Source: Candidatus Thermosaccharophagus tengchongensis (GTDB lineage Bacteria; Armatimonadota; Fervidibacteria; Fervidibacterales; Thermosaccharophagaceae). Taken from it: 64,000 nucleotides of DNA. The DNA lies in assembly GCA_032161105.1 (NCBI GenBank), contig JAVHTD010000008.1; one strand, 5' to 3'. The notes under the pieces were generated by a model that searched no databases, was not told where the DNA came from, and worked only from the letters and a program-made list of their open reading frames with translations. Made by a program: the position numbers and the translations under genes. Each line of letters begins with the position of its first letter. Position 1 is the stretch's first letter. This document shows positions 41,275 through 51,054 of this stretch, in pieces.

Positions 41275-41838
41275 ATGCGCTATGGTAAGAGTTTAGTGGC
41301 TGCAGCTGTTGTGTTTATTGCATCAACAGCAATATGTGATTTGCGCAAAGGTGAGACTATTTCCCCATTTTCTTTGAGCACTGCCGATGGGCGAGTGATT
41401 TCTTTGGAATTCGTCAAGAGAAACGGGAATAAGAGGGGTCTAAAGGTCACATTGACATCAATTTCGCCGAGCGGGAAGAAAAACCGACAAGAGTTAAAAT
41501 TTAAGCTCTTGCTGATTGATTTCTCAACCACATGGTGTCCGGGATGCCATATCTTGCGCGATGTCCTGACGAAATTGTGGAAAAGATATTCAAAAGGCGG
41601 GTTGCTAATAATTGCTATTTATGATGACGAACCCGGGGCAACAAAAGTCTACGCGAAGTTGCACAAAATACCATACATTGTGGCGATAGATAACAAAAGC
41701 AAGGTGACAACAAGCTATAAAGTTGAGGCATATCCTACAGTTTATCTCGTAGATACTTCGGGGACTGTCGTTTCGGTTCCGGATGATTATTCTGAGGCGA
41801 ATTTGAGCAAAATTGTGGAAAGTTTTGGGGTAAAATGA
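41275..41838 (+). CDS. TlpA/ResA-like thioredoxin-fold protein
   Basis: Signal peptide, LIDFSTTWCPGC, YPTVYLVD..G. Confidence 0.88.
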   Translation: MRYGKSLVAAAVVFIASTAICDLRKGETISPFSLSTADGRVISLEFVKRNGNKRGLKVTLTSISPSGKKNRQELKFKLLLIDFSTTWCPGCHILRDVLTKLWKRYSKGGLLIIAIYDDEPGATKVYAKLHKIPYIVAIDNKSKVTTSYKVEAYPTVYLVDTSGTVVSVPDDYSEANLSKIVESFGVK

Positions 41839-41877
41839 GCGATGGCTGGCGGATTGCCATCCATCCCGTAATGGAAT

Positions 41878-43101
41878 TCAATTGCCACCTAAGAGTTGTT
41901 CAGCGATGAAAATGTTTGTCAGAGCTTTTAGCCACTGTTCTGCCAATTGTTGCTTTGTTAGCCCACACAATTTTGCGTCCTCTTCGGTCACTTCAACGAG
42001 TATTTCATCACGGGCTCTGATTGCCACTTTTGAGCCATCCATCCAGAGGTGGACTTCATGCCTTTTCAAGCCCGAATCAAGCAAACGATTCAGCTTTTCT
42101 GCGGCAATTTTTGCCCTTTTCACGCCATCGCACTCCTCGCTCAAGCTGGCGAGCTTGCAAAATGTTATTGAGCGCACCTTAACAACTCCCACGACTTCTT
42201 TCCCGTTTTTTTCCACTTCTACGGTTGCTTTCCCTCCAGAAACAACACCTCTTCTGACAATTGGGATGCCAAGCTTTTCCAGTTTTTGCTTGACCCAGCT
42301 AATTCTGTCCCTCAATCCGGGGTGAGTAGCATTATAAGCCTGCCATAATGTTTGCCCGCCATAGTTGAATGCCTCAATTCTCTCAAGCTTTTCAAGCACG
42401 GTAAGCATCCCGACGGGGTTAAAGCCCGCTTTGAGCAAGTAGTCAAAGCCGTGAATGTCAGCCTCCATCTCAAACTTGCGGCTATAGCCGAGCGTGACTG
42501 CATCAATCAAGCTGGCGACAATCAGCGGTAGTTGCCTTGCAAGCTCACTGCTTGAGGTTGTCGCTCCGATGATAGCTGCTATAACAACTGGAGCCCACTT
42601 GCGCTCCTCTTCCAGTGCCCTTAGCGCATGCCTCAAGACATTGTGCGCAATCTCATGAGCAAGCACTGCCGCAATTTCGTGCTCACTTTCTGTCATGTCA
42701 ATTAGCCCCTTCGTCACATACACAAATCCGCCAGGGAAAGTGAAAGCGTTTGGAGTTGCACTGTCAATCACTTTGACGACATAGTTGATCTTCGGGCGCT
42801 CTGTAACCGAGGAAATCTTTTTGGCGATCTCGTCAAGCCTGTTTAGCAGTCCCTTATCGGTGACGAGTTTTTCCTTCGCCTCAAATGCCTTTGCGGCTTG
42901 CTTTCCAAGTTCAATCTCTTCGGGTGTCGCTTCTGGCGGGGGCTGTTGGCTGCCCTTTGTGGCACGCGCTTGCGAATGGGCTGCAAGAGAGACATGAAGC
43001 AATGCTGCTATGCACATAAGCATCATTAGTGCCATCTTAAGCTTTGTCTGATAGGGATGCATTCCCATCACCATTAACTTAGACGCTGCTGAGTGCCCCA
43101 T
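41878..43101 (-). CDS. M48 family zinc metallopeptidase (exported)
   Basis: PNAFTFPGG, AVLAHEIAH, YSR..E.EAD, THP..RI. Confidence 0.92.
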   Translation of the reverse strand: MGHSAASKLMVMGMHPYQTKLKMALMMLMCIAALLHVSLAAHSQARATKGSQQPPPEATPEEIELGKQAAKAFEAKEKLVTDKGLLNRLDEIAKKISSVTERPKINYVVKVIDSATPNAFTFPGGFVYVTKGLIDMTESEHEIAAVLAHEIAHNVLRHALRALEEERKWAPVVIAAIIGATTSSSELARQLPLIVASLIDAVTLGYSRKFEMEADIHGFDYLLKAGFNPVGMLTVLEKLERIEAFNYGGQTLWQAYNATHPGLRDRISWVKQKLEKLGIPIVRRGVVSGGKATVEVEKNGKEVVGVVKVRSITFCKLASLSEECDGVKRAKIAAEKLNRLLDSGLKRHEVHLWMDGSKVAIRARDEILVEVTEEDAKLCGLTKQQLAEQWLKALTNIFIAEQLLGGN

Positions 43102-43109
43102 CTCAAAGC

Positions 43110-43892
43110 TTACGGGCGCAAGGTCTTGCGCAACTCCTTAAGCATTTCATCGGGTATGGTTGTGATGCCCTCCCTCGTGATCGTCTTCGCCAAAGGTAAC
43201 GCTCTATCAACTCCGCCAGTTGCAGGGTCTATTCCTGAGGCGATGTCGAGGAGCAACATGGTTTCCTGCAATGCCTCTTCAAGTTCCATCTCATGGAATG
43301 GGTGTCTCCTTCGGACAATGTAATCAAGTGCACCACGAATGCGCTCTGCGCCGGAGCCAACAGCACCATACTCTCGGCTTTCAAACCTTGCCCCCAATGC
43401 ATCATAGAAGAAGATGCGCCCTTCATCCCTCTTTAAATCGTATGTGCTCACGATCGGGAGGAAACCACCTATGCCTTGCATCAACTCTGGAATGGTTCTC
43501 ATTAGCACCCTTGAAACTTCGTTAAGCTTCCCTTCCAAGCTGAGTTCCTGAAGCTGACTCCTTGCGTAGTATTTGAACGAGTGTCTGAGTAAGCGGACTG
43601 CTTCAACTGCCCTTGCGTAAGAGCCGGCAATCGCAATGAGTGTGTAATCATCAAGCTCCATTATCTTCTCGGCTTCCTCGTAAAGGATTGTGTTGCTTGC
43701 CATCGCCCTCCTATCCGCTATGTTCAGGACGCCATCCTTAAACTTGACTGCAATGACCGTAGTGCCGTGAGCGATTGTCGCCCCTGCAACTTGTGCCTCA
43801 CTGTGATGATGAGATTGCATAATTGCGGCATGTTGAAACGGCTCATAGCCATGCTCTCTCAGCAACTCCAAGAAGTCGCCGTGCGCATTCAC
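43110..43892 (-). CDS. prcB: 20S proteasome beta-type subunit
   Basis: Propeptide then HG|TTVIAV (N-terminal Thr nucleophile), ADRRA, GSG. Start reassigned to the GTG at 43892 just after the UBact stop. Confidence 0.9.
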   Translation of the reverse strand: MNAHGDFLELLREHGYEPFQHAAIMQSHHHSEAQVAGATIAHGTTVIAVKFKDGVLNIADRRAMASNTILYEEAEKIMELDDYTLIAIAGSYARAVEAVRLLRHSFKYYARSQLQELSLEGKLNEVSRVLMRTIPELMQGIGGFLPIVSTYDLKRDEGRIFFYDALGARFESREYGAVGSGAERIRGALDYIVRRRHPFHEMELEEALQETMLLLDIASGIDPATGGVDRALPLAKTITREGITTIPDEMLKELRKTLRP

Positions 43893-43899
43893 AAGTTCC

Positions 43900-44076
43900 T
43901 CACTCCCCGCTGCGCTGTCTGTAGCGGCGAGCCTCACGAGGGTCTATTCGGCGCATGCGCTCAAGCAATTCCTTTGTGTCCGGAGGTTGAACATCCGGCG
44001 TCCTCGGGGCATCCTCATTATCGTGATGCTTCGGCATCAGCTCATTGGGCATTTGGCGGCGCACTTGCTCTGGCAT
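43900..44076 (-). CDS. ubact: UBact (Pup-like bacterial ubiquitin-like protein), 58 aa
   Basis: Hand-translated MPEQVRRQMPNELMPKHHDNEDAPRTPDVQPPDTKELLERMRRIDPREARRYRQRSGE*; AGGAGGTG RBS; C-terminal R[ST]G[EQ]; located between dop and prcB. Confidence 0.92.
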   Translation of the reverse strand: MPEQVRRQMPNELMPKHHDNEDAPRTPDVQPPDTKELLERMRRIDPREARRYRQRSGE

Positions 44077-44115
44077 TTGTCACACCTCCTCGGTTAAAAT
44101 TTTAACCATCGCAGC

Positions 44116-45678
44116 TCATGAGTTCTCGCTTGAATTTGCGTTCGCGGAATTGCAAAGCTCAATCAGTTCATCAATTGGGATGTCTTCATCCACCAACTTG
44201 CTCAACACATCTTGTGCATCTTCCCCAACCATGTTGCGAAGGTCAATGGTTCGTTCCACACCGTTGACACAAACCTTCGCCATACCCCATGAGACCTTCA
44301 TCACCGACGAGCAAAAGCGCTCAATCAACCATCCCCGTATCAATGCGCGCGTGTTGTTTGGTGGGTTATAAATTGCCTTTTCAATGTCCTCATCGGTGAC
44401 CAATCGCCTCATTGAGCCATTGGCTTCAAGCGCGTAGTAGAGCCCGTCGTTCAAGTCCACATTGTGATATGCCAAGTCAATTGCCCTCAGCCTTTCGTCG
44501 CTCCAATCCGTCCCTTCAGCCTCAATGAACATCTCCATCAAGCGCCTCTTAGCGACCCAATCAAGTCTATCGCTGAGTGCCATCGGCTCCCTTTCAAGCC
44601 AATCAAGGACTTCACACCACTCACGCAGCACCCATTGGACATCCTCGTCCTCATCATGTAGAAGCGTTTGTGCAGCCGACAGATAAAGCCTGTGCAATTC
44701 AACCGCGCTTATCTTTCGCCCATCGGCGAGCTCAACAAGCCATCGCATGCTTTCATCCATTGAGAGCTCGTGCAGCGTTTTGATTGGGTGCGCAATCCTC
44801 AACCAATCCGGCGCACGCCAACCGCGCTCAAGCAACTTCACAATGATGGCAGTCGTCCCAACCTTAAGTGCGGTGGCATATTCCGACATGTTTGCATCCC
44901 CGGTGATGATGTGCAAGCGCCTATATTTGCTCCTATCGGCGTGAGGCTCATCCCTCGTGTTGAATATTGGGCGGCGGGACTGGGTGTCCGTTCCAATGAG
45001 CGAACTGAAATGCTCGGCACGCTGCGAGAGCTGATACCGCACGCCTTTACCGGCGTCAGCCTCGCTTCCGACTTTACCGGCGCCTGTGTAAATGATTCGT
45101 GTGCAAAGGAACGGTATGAATGCATCCACCACGGCATCAAATGGGACGAGGCGAAGCATCAAATAGTTTTCGTGCGTTCCATAACTTGAGCCATGAAAGT
45201 CGGTGTTGTTTTTGAAGACCTTCACAGTGGTGCCAAGGCGCTTTGAAAGGTTGTGTGCGCACATCAGGATGATGCGTTCACCGGCTTTATCGTGAGCCAC
45301 CAAGTCCTTAAGCCGACGGCACTCAGGCGTTGAATACTCCGGATGAGCGTGGTCATGATACAACCTCGCGCCGTTTTGGAGCACTCTATCACACGGCTCA
45401 AATGCGTCCGGTGACCTTGAAAGCGTCTCCCTATCCAGCTTCTCCTCCTTTGGGTTAACTTCCAAGCGCTTGGCTACAAATCCCCTCATGTCAAGCCTTG
45501 GGGATTCGTGTGAGTAGTCCCAGTTTGAACATGCCTTATGCGGGTAGCTCTCAATCAGCTCTTTCACCGCACACGGCAAATCAATGAGCGAGCATCCGTC
45601 AATCAAAACACCGTATTCATTTTCAAGCCCAAAAAGCAAATCCACGGTTACCACCAAGCCCCTTATTGAAAGCGCCAC
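44116..45678 (-). CDS. dop: Dop/PafA-family protein (Dop-type depupylase/deamidase)
   Basis: GLENEYG, NGARLY.DHAHPEYSTPEC, KNNTD..GSSYGTHENY, RDEPHAD..YRRLHII.GD.N. Confidence 0.88.
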   Translation of the reverse strand: MALSIRGLVVTVDLLFGLENEYGVLIDGCSLIDLPCAVKELIESYPHKACSNWDYSHESPRLDMRGFVAKRLEVNPKEEKLDRETLSRSPDAFEPCDRVLQNGARLYHDHAHPEYSTPECRRLKDLVAHDKAGERIILMCAHNLSKRLGTTVKVFKNNTDFHGSSYGTHENYLMLRLVPFDAVVDAFIPFLCTRIIYTGAGKVGSEADAGKGVRYQLSQRAEHFSSLIGTDTQSRRPIFNTRDEPHADRSKYRRLHIITGDANMSEYATALKVGTTAIIVKLLERGWRAPDWLRIAHPIKTLHELSMDESMRWLVELADGRKISAVELHRLYLSAAQTLLHDEDEDVQWVLREWCEVLDWLEREPMALSDRLDWVAKRRLMEMFIEAEGTDWSDERLRAIDLAYHNVDLNDGLYYALEANGSMRRLVTDEDIEKAIYNPPNNTRALIRGWLIERFCSSVMKVSWGMAKVCVNGVERTIDLRNMVGEDAQDVLSKLVDEDIPIDELIELCNSANANSSENS

Positions 45679-45697
45679 GCATAAACTAACGCAAACC

Positions 45698-47449
45698 CTA
45701 AACCACTGTGCCTATGCTGACATCTCGCTCGCGGCGCCATATCGGACGAACCTCAACAACATTCTCGGGATCGTAGTCAATGAGCTTGAGCCAGTCCTCA
45801 AGGTTGTCGCTCTTCGGGAATATCTCGTTTTCACGATACTCAAGCGACACAGCCTCAAACAGGTCTTGCTGTGTTATTCCCTCGCCCTCATCTCCTTTCT
45901 CTATCGCCCTTCTCAGCGCAAAGTCCTTCGCACGCTCAACCACCGACATGATGAGGGCGCCGCTAACGAGGTCGCACCAGTAAAGTGTTTGCCGCCTGCC
46001 GTTTCGCAGGTATATGTCAACGAATGCCTTCTCGTGATCCCTTTGGAAGAGGAAGTCAATTGTGCGCTCTATCAGAAATTGCCTAGCAGCTTCGTGGCTA
46101 CCATGTTCCGCTATCAGGCTTGAATGTATTGGGATGGACTCGTTCAAATAGATTGCGAGTATTTCCTTTGACGCCTCTTTGTTCGGGCGGGCTATCTTCA
46201 GCTTTCGGTCAACCCTCCCCGGGCGAAGTATTGCCGGGTCAATGTAATCCGGGCGGTTTGATGTGAGCATGACAACAACATTCTCGGTGTCAACTAAGCC
46301 ATCCATCTCAGCTGCGAATTGTGGGACAACGGTGTTCGCCATATCAAGCCATTTGCCCGAGCTCCTCGTCCGAAGTATGGCATCAGCCTCATCAACGAAA
46401 ATGAACACAAGATACCCTTCCTTTGCGCGCTGGCGTGCTGTGGCGAATATTTCCCTTATCGCCCTCTCCGTCTCGCCAACCCACATGCTCAGTATCTGCG
46501 GTCCGTTGATGAGCATAAAGTATTCTCGCACATCGCCGCCAACCTTCTCCCTATATGCTTTTGTCACATTGTAAGCTGTGGCTTTGCCTATGAGCGTTTT
46601 CCCGCATCCGGGTGGTCCGTATAGCAAGATGCCTTTCACACGCTGCTTTCCAAACTTGCGATAAAGCTCGGGATACAGAAGCGGGACTTCAATCAATTCC
46701 CTTATGACTTTAATTGCCTCATCCTGCCCTCCTATCTTGCTCCAAGGTATTTCGGGAACCCTCTCAAGGAAGTAATCCCTCACCTGTTTCCTTCGGAACA
46801 GCTCAACTGCTACCCTGAGTGTCGGTTCAAGGCGCACTTCATCTCCAACTTCCATCTCGCATTCGGATAGGTCACTTGAGCGCCTCACTATCCTCGCCGA
46901 TAATCCATGCCCATCAAGCGACACCCTCACCCTGCCATCGGGCAAAAGTTCAGTCACCTTTGCGGTTGGTCCATCTGGCGCATAACCCAAATCACCTATG
47001 ACAGCAAACGCATCGTTTATCTTCACCCTCGTGCCGACCTTCAATGAGGATGCATCCAAGTTGGGGTCAATGTTGGCATAGTATTCGGCATCGCCAACGG
47101 CTATGTGTGCTATGCCCTTTTCTGGCGACCCGAGAAATGTGCCGATGCGGTTCGCTGGCGATGTGAGTTTCTCGTAGACCTCTTGGAATTGCTCAATAAC
47201 GCGCCTTGCCTCTTCAAGCTGCCTTTCATCCACCTCAAGTTGATGGCGCAGCAAAAGCAGCAGCCTATAGCGCCTATCATTCTCCGATGTCTGCATGAGT
47301 ATCTCGTCAAGTAGCGCTGTCGCTTTAAAGCGCGTCTCAAATCCGAGGTTGAATGCTCCCTTACCAAACGGTGAGCTTGAACTCCTCTCCTTGCTATCCT
47401 CATCCTGCTTATGATTCCGAGACCCTCTTCTGTCGGGCATCACTTTCAC
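45698..47449 (-). CDS. arc: Proteasome-associated AAA+ ATPase ARC/Mpa
   Basis: Coiled coil and OB region, GPPGCGKT, FVDEAD, SNRPD.IDPAILRPGR.D, VSGA.I..VVERAK. Confidence 0.9.
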   Translation of the reverse strand: MKVMPDRRGSRNHKQDEDSKERSSSSPFGKGAFNLGFETRFKATALLDEILMQTSENDRRYRLLLLLRHQLEVDERQLEEARRVIEQFQEVYEKLTSPANRIGTFLGSPEKGIAHIAVGDAEYYANIDPNLDASSLKVGTRVKINDAFAVIGDLGYAPDGPTAKVTELLPDGRVRVSLDGHGLSARIVRRSSDLSECEMEVGDEVRLEPTLRVAVELFRRKQVRDYFLERVPEIPWSKIGGQDEAIKVIRELIEVPLLYPELYRKFGKQRVKGILLYGPPGCGKTLIGKATAYNVTKAYREKVGGDVREYFMLINGPQILSMWVGETERAIREIFATARQRAKEGYLVFIFVDEADAILRTRSSGKWLDMANTVVPQFAAEMDGLVDTENVVVMLTSNRPDYIDPAILRPGRVDRKLKIARPNKEASKEILAIYLNESIPIHSSLIAEHGSHEAARQFLIERTIDFLFQRDHEKAFVDIYLRNGRRQTLYWCDLVSGALIMSVVERAKDFALRRAIEKGDEGEGITQQDLFEAVSLEYRENEIFPKSDNLEDWLKLIDYDPENVVEVRPIWRRERDVSIGTVV

Positions 47450-47655
47450 CTCACGACAGTGTCATAAGATGTCAAATGCAAAGGCTAACGCATCTCACCG
47501 TCCATTGGAAGGTGCCTGAAGGAAATGGTGTGACAGGCATCGCTGAGTGGGGTGAGCCTCCTTCCACCGCAGTGGCGATGGGGAAGGTAAGGTTCAATTA
47601 TGGCTAAAGTCACAATGTCATGGTAGCGCGAATGCGGCAGATCGCCAACAGTGCT

Positions 47656-48321
47656 TCACGGGAGGAATGAGGTTGCGCTCTTGAGCGCCATAAAAATGAA
47701 AGTGCATCCAAACCCAACCATGAATATTCCGCATCCCTTAATTAGCGCTTTGTAGGCTGTGCCGCCAAACAGCGCTATCCCTCTTACAACGGCAATCCCG
47801 ATTGTGACTAACCAAAGTATGTCTCCAAGTATGTGCCCGATGTAGAATGCGCCGACGCCGATAACGCCAGCGTTGAGCGAATTGCTGATCATGCTTGTCC
47901 CAACAGTTAGCCACCAAACAGACCAATAAGGGTTGGAGATGCTGCTCACAATGCCAGACGAAATTGAGCCAAGTTGTGCGTGCCTATCAAGCCTCATGCC
48001 GACTTCCAGATTGCCCGCGCTTTTGCCAGCGCGCAGCATGCCGAGACCCATGAGGATGATTGTAGCTCCCCCGACAATTCCGATGAGCACCTTCAACGGC
48101 TTAACATCGGCGATGTGCAACCCAAAAGCGAGCACAACTGTCGTTGGAAGCTCAAGTGCCGAGTGTCCCAACGCGACGAGGAATGCCGCAAAGGCACCAT
48201 AACGCATGGCGCGCTCAATCGCCGATATAGTCAGCGGTCCGGGCATGAGTGCACCAGATAGCGCAACGGCGAATGAACTTATGACCAAGCTGACAAAAGT
48301 TAAAGCACTCTCCCACATCAC
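47656..48321 (-). CDS. LysE-family translocator
   Basis: LSGALMPGPL, GHSALE, SISNPYW..WW, GHILGD. Confidence 0.88.
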   Translation of the reverse strand: MMWESALTFVSLVISSFAVALSGALMPGPLTISAIERAMRYGAFAAFLVALGHSALELPTTVVLAFGLHIADVKPLKVLIGIVGGATIILMGLGMLRAGKSAGNLEVGMRLDRHAQLGSISSGIVSSISNPYWSVWWLTVGTSMISNSLNAGVIGVGAFYIGHILGDILWLVTIGIAVVRGIALFGGTAYKALIKGCGIFMVGFGCTFIFMALKSATSFLP

Positions 48322-48408
48322 GCGCTCACCGATTTTCTGTCATCCACTTTGCTCACACCCGCTTGCTCAGCCGACTGAGGAAAAAGGCTTTGGCTTTGAA
48401 TTGCCCGC

Positions 48409-48705
48409 TTACTGTGCCTGCTGTCCCTCTGTGGCTTTCCCACAGCTTGGGCAATAGCGCCATGATGGATGAAGTTCCTTCCCACAACCTTCACAACGCC
48501 GCCTCAGTTGCGCACCACAGTGCGGGCATACATTGTAATCGCTTCTGACCGTCTTACCGCAACTTGGGCATGGATGGCAGCACACAAACCTGAATGTCTC
48601 GCAGATCCCCTCAAGCAACCATCCGAGTGATGCGCCCACACAGCATGTAAACCGATGCCATCCGTGATGATGCGCATGGCAGTGCCAATCACACATGTTC
48701 ATCAC
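48409..48705 (-). CDS. Double zinc-ribbon protein with His/Cys-rich N-terminus
   Basis: Four CxxC pairs (CPSC, CPHC, CEGC, CPSC). Confidence 0.75.
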   Translation of the reverse strand: MMNMCDWHCHAHHHGWHRFTCCVGASLGWLLEGICETFRFVCCHPCPSCGKTVRSDYNVCPHCGAQLRRRCEGCGKELHPSWRYCPSCGKATEGQQAQ

Positions 48706-49228
48706 CCCTTAAATGCTGTCTTGCCTTCGTGCGCCATTTTGCGAGTTCGCTGACGAGCTTGATCACCCTCTCACGGTCGCAATTGAAGCGCAAGCGCACA
48801 CTCCTGAATGAAGCAAGCGGCGTCCACCTTTCAAACGGTGATAGCACAATCCCATCCTTATCAAGGTAACACGCTTTGACGCGCTCCCATTCAATTGAGC
48901 GCTGATAAAGCGCAGAGACAACTTCTGCACCGCGCTTCGTCAGACGATAGCGCACCGGCAGCAAGAAGTCCGATAGCGCACACGCTATCACGAGCCCACC
49001 AATGGCGCCGTAAAACCATGAGCCGAGCAATGCATTGCCAATCACAATCGTTATTGCGATGGAAATGATGGCAAGCGCCGCCCCAAATGGTCTTTGGCGA
49101 GCCAAGTGCACACTCCACTGCATGATAACTGCTTCATCATCCAAATTCCCGTCCCCATGTTCACCATGTTTTGGGTGCCCTTTGGAGTTGCCGCAAAGGC
49201 TGTGACGCTTTTCCCGCGCAAATGACAC
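48689..49228 (-). CDS. Hypothetical membrane protein (2 TM plus PH-like C-terminus)
   Basis: Two hydrophobic helices, FLLPVRYRL; lies in a co-oriented run with moaA. Confidence 0.65.
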   Translation of the reverse strand: MSFAREKRHSLCGNSKGHPKHGEHGDGNLDDEAVIMQWSVHLARQRPFGAALAIISIAITIVIGNALLGSWFYGAIGGLVIACALSDFLLPVRYRLTKRGAEVVSALYQRSIEWERVKACYLDKDGIVLSPFERWTPLASFRSVRLRFNCDRERVIKLVSELAKWRTKARQHLRGDEHV

Positions 49229-49234
49229 ATTTAA

Positions 49235-50242
49235 TCATCCTCCAATCTCCCTCATCGGTGCATCAACTGGGCAACATTCGTGAGCGCTCTCAGCAACGCA
49301 CATATAGCTGTGTCCGAGCGGTTTGAGCATCACTGCCCTTTGGAATGCCATCTCAATTGCCTCATCGCCATCCATGAGAGCTCGCTTTATGTCAATGCCG
49401 ATATTGTGAGCTAAGCACGGTCGCAAGACGCCGCTTGAAGTCAACCTGAGCCGATTGCAATCGCTGCAAAACGGCTCGCTCACTGGGGCGATAAATCCCA
49501 CAGTTCCATGGGCGCCCTTAATGCGCCAATACCTTGCCGGTCCAAATCCAACGGGCTCATCGCCCTTCTCAACCGGCTCAAGCTCAAGCATCCTTTTCAA
49601 GTGTTCACGCATTTCTGATGCGCTGACAAACTGTTGCGTGAAGAAGCGCCGCTCAAACCCAATGGGCTGAAGTTCAATGAAGCGAACATGTAGCGGTCTA
49701 TCAATGCTGAGTGAGGCAAGCTGGGCTATCTCATCCAAGTTGAAGCCGCGCATGATGACGCAGTTTAATTTGACGCATTCAAATCCGCAGCCCAGCGCTG
49801 CATCAATGCCATCAAGTATCATACGAGGGTTTGCGCCGCTCAATGCGCTGAGCTTTTCCTCATTGAGCGAATCAAGGCTTATGTTGACTCGCCTGAGCCC
49901 GACCTTGCGGAGCACATCGGCATAGCGTGAGAGGAGCACGCCATTGGTTGTCATTGAGATATCGCCAATGCCGTCAACGGTTGCCAACCCACCGATCAAC
50001 TCAATGATTTCGCCCCTCATCAGCGGCTCGCCACCGGTTAATCGCACATTCCTTATCCCGAGCTTCGCAGCGCACATTGCGACTTGAATCAATTCATCAA
50101 CGCTGAGGCGATTCTCGTAATCCATTCGGTGGCGTGCAGCAATTCCATTGGCACAGTAAACACAACGCAGGTTGCAATCGCTGGTGACAGAGATGCGCAA
50201 ATACGAAATGTGCCTCCCGTAACGGTCAACCAATTTGCTCAC
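49235..50242 (-). CDS. moaA: GTP 3',8-cyclase MoaA
   Basis: YLRISVT..CNLRCVYC, RLTGGEP, FC..CNRLRLT..G..PCL, C-terminal IGG. Confidence 0.95.
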   Translation of the reverse strand: MSKLVDRYGRHISYLRISVTSDCNLRCVYCANGIAARHRMDYENRLSVDELIQVAMCAAKLGIRNVRLTGGEPLMRGEIIELIGGLATVDGIGDISMTTNGVLLSRYADVLRKVGLRRVNISLDSLNEEKLSALSGANPRMILDGIDAALGCGFECVKLNCVIMRGFNLDEIAQLASLSIDRPLHVRFIELQPIGFERRFFTQQFVSASEMREHLKRMLELEPVEKGDEPVGFGPARYWRIKGAHGTVGFIAPVSEPFCSDCNRLRLTSSGVLRPCLAHNIGIDIKRALMDGDEAIEMAFQRAVMLKPLGHSYMCVAESAHECCPVDAPMREIGG

Positions 50243-50499
50243 GCTACATCGCCCCTATTTGCCGCAGCTGAGTTGCAACCATGAGGCATTATAACTGCGC
50301 AATGGCAGCATGACACTCTTTAACGGCGATGATGTGTGCTAAGCCAATTTTTCAAAGCCTCGTTTGGAAGGCGGTGCAGCAGCCCAACTTTAAGCTCGTC
50401 GGCTTGGCAAGGCTTTGCCCACGCGGGATCAAATTGCGGTTGACAGCGTGCCTTTGCACGGGCATAATAAGAGTGCCATTACGCGCGGAGGAGCATCGT

Positions 50500-50805
50500 A
50501 TGAGCATGATAAGGCTGATATGGCACTTCCCAAATTTCGTTCGGCTGTGCATTGGCTTGATGTCGGATAGGCGAGTGCCCGCGCAAGCGAAACTTATTTT
50601 GCCGTTTGCGCTCCTTTGCATCATGGCATACATTGCCACACCCTTTGATGTTCTTCCCGAGGTTTTTATCCCCACCATCGGCTTGCTTGACGATGTCTTC
50701 ATCAGTGCGCTCATCGGCATAGCTGCGGTGAGCCTTTTCTTCAAGCTCTGCCCAAACGATGTCCTGCGCGAACACATTAGGCGGATAGAAATGGGTGAGC
50801 AATAG
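50500..50805 (+). CDS. YkvA/DUF1232 membrane protein
   Basis: DRRVP..AK, YIATPFDVLPE..P.IGLLDD; GGAGGAG RBS. Confidence 0.85.
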   Translation: MSMIRLIWHFPNFVRLCIGLMSDRRVPAQAKLILPFALLCIMAYIATPFDVLPEVFIPTIGLLDDVFISALIGIAAVSLFFKLCPNDVLREHIRRIEMGEQ

Positions 50806-51054
50806 TTGGTCCATCAACGGCATTGGGCACGCCTTGGGAATTCGCGAGCAAGAGGATGCATATGGTGCTTACCTCGCTGGTTGGAGTGAGGAGGGCAACT
50901 TGCGTCGCATACTTTAGTTCTGGACTTCAAAGGCGCTAACCCGAACTGGCTGACTCGCTGATAAGATTCATTGGCAGTCAATGGCTTGCCTTATCAAGTG
51001 GCAAAAGCTCAACGCAGCGGCGTTATGTTTTCACCCTGAGGGGGAGTAATTGCG

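Noticed and set aside
43893..43937. ORF-track start of prcB at 43937
   Set aside because: It overlaps the UBact gene; the GTG at 43892 follows the UBact stop and has its own purine-rich RBS.
47480..47640. Possible cobalamin-like riboswitch upstream of arc
   Set aside because: Only a short AGGTGCC-like stem on the opposite strand; B12-box and core consensus not found.
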